Shown: in pieces, positions 39,059 through 51,968 of the stretch
Numbering within the stretch: the first letter of the stretch is position 1
How the letters are laid out: every line of letters starts with the position of its first letter
Origin: Ophelia neglecta
Taxonomy: Eukaryota
Assembly: GCA_965285935.1 (NCBI GenBank)
Contig: OZ260661.1
Location: forward strand, 64,480,001 to 64,544,000
Reading direction: 5' to 3'
DNA: 64,000 bases
Made by a program: the position numbers and the translations under genes
Notes under the pieces: model-generated
Database searches by the model: none
What the model saw: only the letters and a program-made list of their open reading frames with translations
What the model was told of the DNA's origin: nothing

Positions 39059-42000
39059 GTGAGTTGTATTATTTATTTCCTTGTGCAACAATATTGCCTT
39101 TAATTCATGTTTTCATAGTATATTGGATTTTAAGCCACTGTACATAGTATATCTGTTACGTGCTTGGACATCTGACTCCCTAATTGATTCCCTGCAATAA
39201 TCTTATGTCCTGTTTAAATGTTACATGCAGAATGCCTGCCAAGTCTACCGATGGCTCCCTATACAATACATGAACATCATTTAATGCACACATGACCCCA
39301 GCAGTACAGCGATGTTAATTGTTTCAATCAAAATCGCAATATGTTCAGTCGAGATCAATGGTCCTCCAACTCGGTTCGTCGTTTCACTGGCTTTCTGATC
39401 CCTTTATGGCCTCCGCCATTTGGCAGATCTCCCACATGCCCTCCGTGGGACGCTTAATGGATTCGCTTCCGCAACTAAATGGCAATATATGACAAGAATT
39501 AATACACATAATATCAGTCAGTATTGATACGCAGCTCAGTTGCCTTTTAATTTTTTCAATGTACACATTAACTGGTCAAATATTGAGGCAGCTGTGGAAA
39601 ATGGTAAACGAGGTGTGGGTGGGATGGAGCTGTGCCATTAAGTCTAGGGCATACTGGTATTTAAAGATAAGGAGTTTATTAATACCCATTTAGAAAAACA
39701 GAGAAATTCATTTACCCTTGTATTGATAGTAGGTTTATCAAAAAGGAACGTGTGCACGGATTAGACCTCTTTCATGTGTAAAGCATGGAGGAAAGTGTCT
39801 GTTGATGATGTTAACTGTGTCCAATGTATAAAGCCCGTGGAGTATTATATTGGACAGTTGCTTGTCGTAACAATGAAAAATAATCTTGTATTATGGGATT
39901 GACTAATGTTATTATCAACACTTGCATTGACCACAGCCTTTCGTCTAACATAGTGTTTAATTATTTGACCTTTAAATCAGCGTTCCCCTCTGAATTGGCG
40001 ATGTTTAGATCTACTGCGAGGAACAAACTGTAAATGTATAGGCGTATGGGACACATTTGTGACAAAATTTTAGGCCTCCACTTTCAGCATACTCCCAATA
40101 AAGTCATGGAAACGAGACAGTTTTCCAAGAACCATGAAGAACTGTTGTCGCGAAATGTAAACGCGTTTCGAAATATTTGGCCCAAGTGTTTTCTGAATGG
40201 ACTCTCCGCTTTTATTGAGCACTATTGGGACCATAATCCAAATTATATGGCATGCTTCAATCGATCTACGACCTATGTCAGCTTCGATCCTTGATATTCT
40301 CTATTTACAGTCTCAGCCATTGATTCCTTAGCTAAATAACTCGGCACATCCCTGAGTATGTCAGAGCCGTTAAATCAGTTAGAATCCAGTTACTCCCAAA
40401 TGTGCCGACGGATTATTTACTCCCATGATGCACTAGCATTTGTTCGGGTGCGATGTGTGCTTGCTCTGCAGATAGGATGAGGATCGGTGAAGAGGTGGCG
40501 ACAGGAGATAGGCTCACTTTTGATTAGAAAGGGCGCGGGGCATCGATTGTTCGCTGTGAACCATAAAGCGGTTAAATATCATTGAAAAGTCTCCCAAACT
40601 AGTTTTCAGCGGTTGGTGAGCTACCCCTTGTGACAGCCGCAACTGTTAAGCCCTAAAACACGAAACAATTCAATGTGTGTGCCTCGTTATAATATCGACA
40701 GCACAATGTGATTATTTTTAGAAAAACCATCCTTAAGGCTGCAATAATAACGTTTATAGGCCTTTTAGTGACACAAAGTTTGCTGCTGCCTGTTCTTTTG
40801 GGCCTTGTTATATTAAACAGAATATTGATGAAAAGTAAATTTCTACTCTACAGTTTATCGCATGCGCTGATTGTATAGATACCGATATATTAAGGTGACG
40901 TAGAATCATAAATAGTAAAATGTACTAACTTAGAAAATGTTGCCGCGAGCGTTGCCCTAGCACCCTCGGCGGACCCACTCTAGAGCATGCCTGGTATAGC
41001 TAACTACCACCCAGCTCACGTCATTTGTGAGAACGTAAATTCAGAATTTTTGTTTTTAGTGCAGCTTTCACTATTTTAGACAAACACAGCCCAGGGGCGG
41101 TACTTCAAGCTAGTTTAACTCTGTGTGCTTTTTTAACAGTGGCTTTTTTTTGTCAAATGGCAGGTTACTGGTCCAATCTTCCCAGTTGATGTCTTGTAGG
41201 TGATTATGATTTTTAAGTAATAATACGTCTGAGATAAGGCCACCCTGCAGCGGTCTACTGTAAGTGTAGTGAGTAGGGAAGATATTTGAAGCTATGCAAC
41301 TCGAAAGACGTCAAGAACTGTGTTTGTCAATGAGAAAGGAATTTCAGTTGTATCAGCGAACCTCATTTTTGTCTTCAGTTTCCTTTGCCGATTTGAACTC
41401 ACAGATCGCGCAGTAGAAAATGCAGAATTAAATCCAAGAAATCCAAGCTGTATATGCCTTTATTTCATTATGAAGGGGATAAAATATGACAACCGTCTAA
41501 TCATGTGAGTAAGGCAGTAAATTCAGATATGGGTCTTACTTCGGAATCCCCAGGAAATAAAAGATCCCTAACATAAACAATACTAAAGCCACTTTAAAAC
41601 CCAGAACTCATGTCAGTATTGTTCTGTCAAATCCAAGCAGACACTGACAAATAAGTCATTGTCTATATCCAAAAATAAAAGGGAGGGTATAATTTCATTA
41701 AGTAGATTAGGTAGATAAATATCCAAGGCAGTATGGGTTAAATTAGCTAGCGTATGAATAACTAACCGCGTAAAGTTGGTCTGAAAACTACTGCCTGGAT
41801 CTCTTTAAAGAAGAAAACAGCCTTTGATCGCTTAATTAAAAACGTTTGCGTCTAGAATGGTTGGATTTGCGAGTTTTTACTGTGCAGTATATTTAACTCA
41901 CCCATTCCAACTATTGAATTGGAAAAAACATAAGTTTCCCGAGGGTATATGTAGGTGGTTCATTTGTAAAATCACGTATCATTTAGGTGAGTAGGCTTGG

Positions 42001-42730
42001 CTTGAGATGTCATTATATTTGGAGAAGGCAATTTGCATTCGCGGTAGTCAGAAAGCCTTCCGCCCTCAAAGCTCAGTTCTGAGGTGTTGGACGCTGGGGA
42101 ACTACTTTCTCGGTTCTGTTTTTTTCTCGGGATATCCCTGAACCATTCAGATTGTGTTGTTATCTGTCATTGGTTTAAAACTATATGTATGATCTGCAAC
42201 AGTTAGGGTGGTTTCCTAACCTAATTTCCTGTTTGGTTCTATGAATAGTCTCTCTACTCCTGCACTGCAGAATTACCGACTTTCGGGGCCGGACGAGGGG
42301 GAGAGAGTACCGAGGGCCCGAGGGAGGATGGGCCGGGATTGAGATTAAATGAGACCCTTTTTATGCAAGTTACGTTGCCGATTAAAGGGGGAGGGGGGGG
42401 GGGGGGGGCACGCATTGTACTTGTCAGCCTGTTGTATGCTTAGCTCCTAGGGTCGATTTCTCGGTGTACGGCTGCATAACTTGGGATAGTGTTTGTAGAC
42501 AAGCTCCCTAAGAAAGTAAGATTTTGAAGAACTGACCCTCAAACAAAATCTGTTTTTGGCGTCCTTGACATTTTGCCCTTAGTCTTAATTGAGAAAAAAT
42601 GCAAACAATTGCCTAGTTTTGCCTTAATTTAAATGGAAGGAAGGGAGGGCACATGTGAAGAGTCTTCTGAAGAAGGGCCCCTCTGAAGTAAAGGGTTGGT
42701 CATTTACTACTGGAAGGGGGCATTGGCGTG

Positions 42731-43261
42731 GGGGGGGGGGGTCACTTGCCTCAGTGTCGGTGAAAATGATATGACCCCCCCCCTCTCCGAGAGAGACCGC
42801 GCCAGGTCTGTGATCCCCCTGTCAGAGACCACACTGATCCCCCCCCCCCCCCCCCCCGAAACATTCGTCTCTATACTGGGGTAAAAAAACCCTCCCTTTT
42901 TATTTCTGCCTGTGCATGCAATCTTTTTAAAAATGTAGAATTAAAAAGCGTAGGAAGAGTCGTTTGCTGGGCAAGTGTCCTAACCAAGGGCGGTATTTTA
43001 CCAAAAGTCCCTAACCAAGGGCCGTGTTTTACCAAAAGTCCCTTACCAAGGGTCGGTTTTTCTGAGGTAAATATAGTGCTATTTTAGGCATTCCTGCCAA
43101 GTTTGTTTTTAGCAGAATTCCCTACCCAAGGGTACTTTCTTTGCCAGATTTCCTTAGCCAAAGGTATGATTTCTGCCCTAGTCAAGGGTATGGTTTCCCA
43201 ACCTCCATCCGCACACTGCATGCAAAAGGTTTGGAAGATCCCCCCCCCCCTCTCCCCCGGG
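42731..43261. repeat. G-tract/C-tract-bounded repeat element with internal CCCTAACCAAGGG repeats (31-bp period); probable MITE
   Basis: CC(C)TAACCAAGGG-like motif at about 42979, 43009, 43040, 43120, 43152 and 43176; poly-G left end and poly-C...CCGGG right end. Confidence 0.55.
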
Positions 43262-43544
43262 CGTTCTCTCCATCTCACAGTGCCCCGCAATACGATTTTT
43301 TTGCAGTTTAGCTAAGCCACCTCCCCTGTAAATAAAATGGACTATACTGACTAAAAGAACTGCTGAGGTATAAGTAGTAATTGCATTTCCAATGAAAAGT
43401 TCAAAGTTAAAAAGGACTATTTAAGATGGAAGGAAAATGAATCAAGATTCTTGTCCAAAATAATCATCCTTTGCCTCATAAATTTTGTTTAATTACAATT
43501 AATGGAAACTGGCAATACGTCTTAGATGATCTGTTAACAATATA

Positions 43545-43722
43545 CAGTGAAACCTGTCAATTAAGACCACCAAAGGGACTAGAAAAGACTGGTCTTATTT
43601 CGGAGGTTGTCTGTTTAGACAGGTTATTTAACATTAAAAGTATATTACATGGTCGTCATATCAGTGGTTTGAATAGGCAAGTGGTCTGATTTTAGAGGTG
43701 GTCTTTAAGGCAGGTTTCACTG
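43545..43722 (+). mobile_element. MITE family A copy 3 (178 bp), intronic
   Basis: TA|CAGTGAAACCTG...CAGGTTTCACTG|TT; homologous to the other copies. Confidence 0.92.
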
Positions 43723-46700
43723 TTTATCTATTGATATAACATGTACATTCAACAAGCCTATTATATATAGTATATTGATTTCTGATCCCCTGTTGGACAA
43801 ATATATGTATACATCTTATTTATAATCATGCATGTGATAGGAAGCCTAGATAAACAGATACTTTTAATAAAGCCATTCTTGGTTATAACGCCATTCAAAT
43901 AAACAAGGATAAATAATTTCCGTTTAGCCCCAATCATTTCAATAGCATTCTGAGCATGCGGCCAGATTATCAATATATCTCTGTCATTAAAGCCTAAAAT
44001 GATTCAATTTTCGTCGCACTTTAAAACATGGGCGGTTTAATCGTTTAAAATGCAAAACTCAAGATCCTCATTTTTCACGCTATGCCAGAAAATATGGTCG
44101 ATTTTCAGGGGCATTGCTATAAGAATGACCCCCTCATTTGAGTTTCCGGCGGTATATCTTCACCCTTTACCCTAATCCTTGGAAAGTCTTTTCTTACATG
44201 TCTTCTAAGGTAATTCGTTATATTCTTGGAGAGGCATTGGCTGGGATGAGCTCTAATATATCTATCCGATGCAGATTTAATCCTATAATGAAAATGAAAA
44301 CAAAGTAAGAATAGCTAGAGTATAGCCTTTTATACAATTAAAAAGATTTATGCTGAAATTTGTCAGTCTATGCAGGCCATTTCATTCAACTTTACGGTTT
44401 AAATCATTCTGTTTAATGTGTTCACCAGCTGGAACATGTTCTAATTTAGGAAAATTGATACACGTTGGCTAGCAATGTATAATAAGATAGGCCTAGTTCA
44501 TTTATAAGCAATACCTTTGTACTGCAATGGACTACTGAATATTTGACCAATTTTTATCTGTAACGTAAAATTTTGCTTATCATTATAATCTCCTTTCGAA
44601 AGTAAAATATAAGGGGTGACCGTGAGCATGTTACTCTGCTCGAAGTGCCAATAACCCCAAGTTATTGTTGAGCAAGGAAACTATAACCACTGTGAGCAGG
44701 GTATCAGAGTATGCTCCTACACGTATTTCACTGTTTTTTCTAGACCATCAATGTAAAGTGCGGCCTCATCCCATGTAACAATGTACTATCGGCAAAGTGG
44801 TTTACCAAAATATAGTCTGAATATTTTATATCTTATACGAATCCGTGAATCCTCCTTCTTAGGGGCCTGCCCTCGTTGGTTTCTGTAGGCTTTCCATTGC
44901 AGGTCAAAGCATGTGATTCTCCCTGAAAAATGCCTGGATTTCTCGTTTCCATGGAATGCGAGGGTATCATTTTCCATGTAATGTCTAAGTGTCTGAGAAA
45001 CGCCTCATTAGATAAATGTGGGTGGGGGTGGCTAGAAGGTTACCTTGTATCGTTCTTCTGGTTTAGGCATAGAATAGTTCAAATCTTTGAAAGCAGTGTT
45101 TGTTGGACATTGTCGAATAATCTTTGTTTCCCATCGTATAAAGAAAACCATAGTTTGTTTGGGTCAAAGCACAATAAGCAACTTTATGATAATATGCTAT
45201 TTTTCACAGAGTGGCAAAAGTTATTTTCACCAGTCGTCTCCCTTCGAACGTGTTCCTCTATCTTCCTAGTATTTGGCTCGCCATCCAGAAAAACCATCAC
45301 GTGCGTTGACATTTGCCAGAGTAGAGGAGTAAAATGGGCTAAATCCGAATAAATTTTCTTCGTGCTGACAAGCAGTATCACATAATATTATTTAGTTTTG
45401 ACCAAAAAACTAGATTTATTCTCAATTGTAATTTTTGTGCAGACTCCCACAACACATCAAATTCACGTAATGTGTAGGTATTTACCTTCAACCAACTTGG
45501 TATTATCCGGCTAACAGGCGATAACAAGTCGTCTCGCTAATACACAAGATCACTCGCTCAATCGATCTTACCACCACTGTGATCAAGTTAACATGGCGTA
45601 AATCTTGGGAAATATCCCAACTATAAGCTAAAGGCAACGTCTCTACCAAGATCAAACTACAAGCCGGCGTTGTGTGGTGTTTATGATTACACCTTTTGAT
45701 GTAAACAGAATGTACGTGATATTCAAACACAGGGCCCTTAAGCTAATGATTTTCTTTATTTGAATTGTGGCTGGTTTCCTCGAGTGGCTTTGTCTCAAAT
45801 TGTATGGCTTGTACCGGATTACTTCGAACCTGATGAGATTCAAGCCAAGTGGCAACGTTTTAGCCACGAGGAACCTTGATTTACGAGGACTTGAGCACTC
45901 TTATGTTTATGCCCTGAAATCTTTAAGTGGATTATCGGGGCTGACACCTGGGCGACATGGGCTGATAATTCTCCTTTGTTGGGATTTGTGTATTTCTTAG
46001 AGCATTTTGTCGGATCGTCTGCTCGAGATTTAACGACACCTAAGAGCGTCTCTTGCAAATGATAACATCATGTTATGGCTGTGTCGTCCTCGAAGCTGTA
46101 CGGTTGACATTTGCATGGTTAACAGCAGATAATAGCAATCATACATAGGTTTTGCACACGAGGAAAACAATTTCATCAACAGTTTTATGATAAAAAAAGT
46201 CTACGATTATACAATAGGACAATAGTTCGTTTTTTAGTGAAATAATACATGCAGATTAGATTAAAGTTGGGTTGGCCTGATATCGCATATCGTTTAATTC
46301 CGCGCAATTACGAGACTTATTCCGCTCACGTTGTGCGTAGAACTAGGCTATTCACTGCACGGAATTAAACTAACCTTAAACTGCTTGACTTTACAGTGCA
46401 TGCGCGAAATAAGCCTATTTCCGGATCCTGTGGGTGATTAACCGATTTTCGCGCAGAATTAGCAGACTTTCTGTGGGGAATATGCCAAATATGCTCGACA
46501 TTTTCCGGCTTAACCTATACCTGTTCACATATTGTTAGAAGCACGGTATGAGGTGGAACTCACGTATGTCGTCTGCTCCTTTCCACCATTGCTGTTCATT
46601 GGTGGCTTCTCTAGGAAGTCGTTGCTTCGTTTTCTTCCTCGATTCAACCCATTTAATACTGAATGGCTTCTTAGTCTGTTGTCGGTGACAAATTGACTAC

Positions 46701-49700
46701 AGTTGTTGGCTTCTGCAAATGTTTGTGGATCAGTAGAATAAACTGCATGCCGACAAATTGTGCAGAATGCTTGTTGTAAGCCTCCATTCGCCTGTTTAGG
46801 TATTGAGTGGGTCTGGTAAGTTAGACAGATGGCTCGGTTTGCTTTCACTGATGTTTAGTTGTATGGTCATAATACAATGATTTGTGTTAGAAGTTTTACC
46901 TATAAGCTACTGTTTAACAAACTAATTAGTATGCCTATTACGATATGGAAAGAATCCTCATGTTTCTTTGACATTCGTAATTCGTTAGGAGTGTTGATAA
47001 CCTGTGACATCCCCAGCTAAATGCCTTCCCCAAACGACCGGCCAGTCAGAAGTCAATCATGTTCCAATATTTCCGTCTTTCAACGTGTTTTGAAGCACTA
47101 TCATTTAGACCAAATGGTCAGAAACGAGGTTTATGAATTTGTTTGATTACGAGTCGAATTATTTATTTTCCAATCTAAGCTACTGTGCGGTAGCAGGTAT
47201 TTTTACGTGGGCAGCTTTAATTTAAATTTTAGCCTATATTTTAGAGGACCCCCTTTGACATAAGACCATGTAAGGCTTTAGGTTTTACCCTATCATATAC
47301 TTTAGGTTCCTTCTTTTGCGCTATTTGTATTTCGCGGCTTTGCTTGTCAATGTGCAATTTACCTCTTGTATCATACTTACAGCAATACTACGATTATTAC
47401 ACGACGCAAATAAATCAAATGAAATCAACATTCTGCGACGTGCACGAGAATGTTGTTAATAGGCTCGATATAAAGCAAATCACGTCAATTCTGGAAAAAA
47501 ATAATCACTAAAAGCATGTGACCTTTATAAATAGACCTTTGATAATTTTGCTTCGAGAATTCTTATATCGATTACGACGAATATCCATAAAAAAACCGCT
47601 AGTTTTAATTTAAAATATGACTTGAAGATGAATGACAATCGTCTTTCTGTCTAAATGTTTCAATATGTTATGAATAGATAAATTCCTTCAATCTGCTTTT
47701 GCAAAATAAGGGCGTCCTATTAAAAATGGAAGGTTATTTTTGTGCCACTAGAGGCCTATGATCGTAAATTAACAATATTTGGCATTACAATTTTCATGTG
47801 GATAGATGCACTCTTGGTGTCTTCCTGTATGTCTATCCTCCCAGGATATAGCCCTGACCTTCTTGGTTTAATACCACTTGCGATAAACAGCACATCAGTT
47901 TGCCAAAATGAGAAGGCGGAGGGGAGTCTGTCTCAATCACAATTGAATAGTCGATCTAGCAGGTTTACGAGGTTGTTTAAGCCCGGGTTTTAATCACCTT
48001 GTAGAATGAAAGAGACAACTCTCTGTGGTGGCTAATTAACAAGGCTTGGGGGACTTCCTCAAAGCTCGCCTGAGTAATGCCTTTATATTTAGGATTTCAA
48101 GTCAGTTGTGGTATCTTAAAACCAGCCGTGTTTAGACCTAATAGGATATAAGGCCTAAGTGGAAAAGGTTAATTGATTTAAGGTTCAACAGAAACGGAAA
48201 AAACTAATTCATTCAGCTACAACTGTTTTCATAACAACGTAAAACCTTCATGTTTTAACCTTAAAGTTATTTCCCTGCCTGCTGATGTCTTATGGCTTAT
48301 CAACTTGCCAGCGGCTTTGGCAGGTTGACACTCATTATACACCGAGTAGAGCTCTGGTATCTCTAGAACGACGAGCATAGAAACCAACCCCAAACTACTT
48401 GTGTTTTTTTGCCATAAAAATGTAACAAAATCCAGTCTTTAGAGTAGCGTCACCCAGTCATGACGCAGGGACTTATCTTCTGTTTATCCTGCTCTTATGT
48501 CTCCAGGCCAACCCGGAGGAGTCCCTTCACACCAGCTCCGGTCCAGAACGCTTCGGGATCAAGGCCTAGTAGAACATGTGTGTGTTACCAAGCCTGACAG
48601 CAAACCTCCCACACTGTCTTGCAGCGTTTGCACTTTGCGTTCAATTGAAGCCTGCTCAATAAAACCAAGTCAACTATCATTACAACCGGCCAGATACGTT
48701 TCCCGGACCTTGGCGATGGAATTCTGGAGTCCCGTGATAATATCAGTTACTGTTATAAACGTTTAAAAAACGCCAAGACTATAACAATGAGATTTAAGCT
48801 AAGGGGTGAATAGGTACTGATACAAGCAATCGAACCTTATACTTATCTATGGGCCCATCGTTAGGAAACCCACCCGATCGATAGATGGTTACTTATGATC
48901 AATCAACATAGTTAACAATTCTGTTGTTAATAAGAATTAAACCTTCTATCGATTCCTGAGCGTCTTTCCGAGAGAGGCTTTTGATACTTTGTCAAAAAAG
49001 TTAAAGGTCACCTACGAAAAGAAAGAAATGTGCTCACTTTGACCCGGCCGTTCACTCTATGAGTTGTTTATTTTCACCTGTGTTTGATTTCCAACTTTTG
49101 GCGCTGATATGACACAATCGGATGATATTAACGTCAAAAGCTGATTGGGGTTACGTAACACTAGACGCATAAAAAAGAAAGTCATGGTTCTGTGATTGGT
49201 CTAAAACCATCACGTGGTTGAGACTGAATATTTTAGCAATATTTTTACCATCGACATTATTCCATAACTTTCGTAACCTGGAAGGGGATTTCTTATTTTG
49301 CTGTCGTACTTTGGCAGACAAGCTTTTCAACTGAAAGTGATGTGATACACAGCGGTAAATACCACAGGTGGCCGACACCTTTAATTACCGTCTCAATCTT
49401 CATCAGTTGAGCACAGCTGATGTTAACTAGAAAAATACCACGGTAAATATTTAATGTCTAAAAAAATACTACGCGCGTTCAAAACCGGTTACTTGTAGCT
49501 CTGTAGTCCCGAGGTATGAAAAACAATTTAACGGAACTACCTTACCTACAGCTAAAATGCGTTGTAACTAATTAGGCCTCAATTTTTTCGGGACTCTTTG
49601 GAGACAGGGAACGGGTTTTTTCGAGACCAGTAAAAGGCCTTACATCTATCGGACGTTCACTTGTGTGCTTAAAATTGCTTCTTTCAACGTCTTCTCAAAA

Positions 49701-51791
49701 ACCGATAGCATTACGATATTTTTCTAATACATGACTGCATTATCCACCTCTCTCTCTCTCTCATATTATATAAAGTATGTCACATTAAAAGGTCAAAATC
49801 CTTCTCCTATGTTGCAAGCCACTCACTGTTGGATGCTAATTTTCATTGGCAAATGTTATCAAATTATGCAAATTTGAAATAATAAATCCTTGAAATGAAA
49901 CATTATAGCGGACACGAGAACTTCCTGTCTTATTGGAAGCATGAAGAGCATGCCCCCCCCCCCTCCCTCCCGCCTCCACTTACTCCCTCAGCCTCACACC
50001 CGTGGGATAAAGAGAGGTCCATAGTTATCGGATTATAATTGTCAATAATTCTGTAAGCCTATGTGCCTTAAAGAAAGTGTTTATAAGCAGAAACCTGCCA
50101 AATTACCGCTGCAAAACTCGTCCATTCAGCTTGGAAAGCAATTTAAACCGATTCGATCGTTGGTACCGACAAGTTGCGTGCTAGCATGGCAGCACGATCG
50201 CGGAAGGGGAAATTGAGAGAGTCGCCTTCAAAACCTTGCGATCGGACTAGAGATAACGGTTTTTTGCTGCTGAATTTGCATTGTCATGGAATGAAGATCG
50301 ATACATCGACTTCCACAAGCTCTAGTGAGCTTCCACATGGGCCTGGGTATAGGCTTCCGTTGTATGGTATGGGAACTATATTGTTGTAGGCACGCGGTGT
50401 GTTTGACCTGCCTTGTCGCGGCCAGGAAATGTCGCCTGGTGTGTTTGTCCCCACCAGGATGGTCAACAAGGCTCAATTATGTTCAAGACGGGAGATTGCG
50501 ATGCTGGGATGTTTGATGGGCAATCCCCTCCGTGTAATTAACTGTTATTGTATCACTAACACAGTGTCGTGATAAAACACTATCACGCCCCACCACTCAG
50601 GAATTTAACTCGTCGCGGCCATTTACACGAAGTAGACATACTTATAATTGACATCAACTTTTCGAATTAAAAGTCTCCAATCCCAGCTAAGATGCTGGTG
50701 GAACATTTAGTATTACGTGTCTAGGACATTTGCATTTAAAACGCTTATGGCAAGTCGCAGAGTTCCCAAAAGATGATCCTTGCTTCAATGACATGGTGGA
50801 AGTACGCGGATCCAGAGGGGGCTCACGAAATCCCTCTGGGTTAAAACCAGGGGACACAAACCACGCTCACAGATGGTTTGGGACCCCTAAAGGTACACGT
50901 GGTTCCTTATCAGTATTAAATCATATATTGTATACATTCATAATTTATTACAATCGGGAATGGATACCCGGCAGTCACATCAAGAATAGTTTTCGAGACC
51001 GTCGTTAAATCGGCAGCTACAACATAGTACGCAGTAATAAGGTCTATGTGGCCGCAAATTTTTGTGCGTTTTTGAAGCAATGTTTGATGACTTACTGTAC
51101 GTTTTTAAGCGTACAAAGTGTGTGATAGCAGCACTGACAGTGCATATGAGGCCTGGCCAACTGAACTTCTGGGGCTCATTAAAATGTTACCATTACTAGG
51201 CGTAAATTAATGTCTAAAAAACAGAAAACTGGGCCACACCAGACGCCAATTAAGCTAATTTTCAGGAGGTAGGCAACTGTTTTAATATATGCTAACTTTA
51301 ATAAGTCACAGAATAGTAAATTGAATAACAGCTCTCGTGCCAATCTTAGCAATACAGTCTTCTTTTTTAGTTACAAATATATCGTTGATTCGATAATTCG
51401 TTATGAATCCGATGTTTGTAACTTAACAGGAGCATTTGTCAAATCTTATTTTAATGTAAGCCTCGTGCCAGCCACAAGTTTATTTTATATAATTGAGTTG
51501 ACTAAGTTTACCCGACGCAAGTCTATGCAATTAGTCTCTTTTCTGACTGACTAAAATAGGTTGGGAACTGATGCGCGTATATTTGTGATCTTCACATGAT
51601 TCCATATGCTGCATACTTAACTTCTATCGTATCTGCCACAAATTCACAAAAAGGCATCCCCCTTCCATTGCCCCCTGGGATGTTCAGGTCATAACCTTTA
51701 TGTAACAGTTGCATGTCCTCCTTTCGTAACAACGATTATTTGCAGGCCCTGTTACTTTTCCTTCCCCATCCAAATATTTGGCTTCCTTATA

Positions 51792-51968
51792 CAGTGAAAC
51801 CTGCCCTAAAGACCACCTCTATATTCAGACCACCTGTCAATTCAGACCACTAATCTGAGGACCATACTGAATACTTTCAATGTTAAATAACCTGTCTAAA
51901 CAGACCACCTCTGAAAGCCGACCAACATTTTTCAGTCCCTTTGGTGGTCTTAATTCACAGTTTCAGTG
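51792..51968 (-). mobile_element. MITE family A copy 4 (177 bp), intronic, opposite orientation
   Basis: TA|CAGTGAAACCTGCCCTAAAGACCACC...CACAGTTTCAGTG|TA; reverse complement of copies 1-3. Confidence 0.92.
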
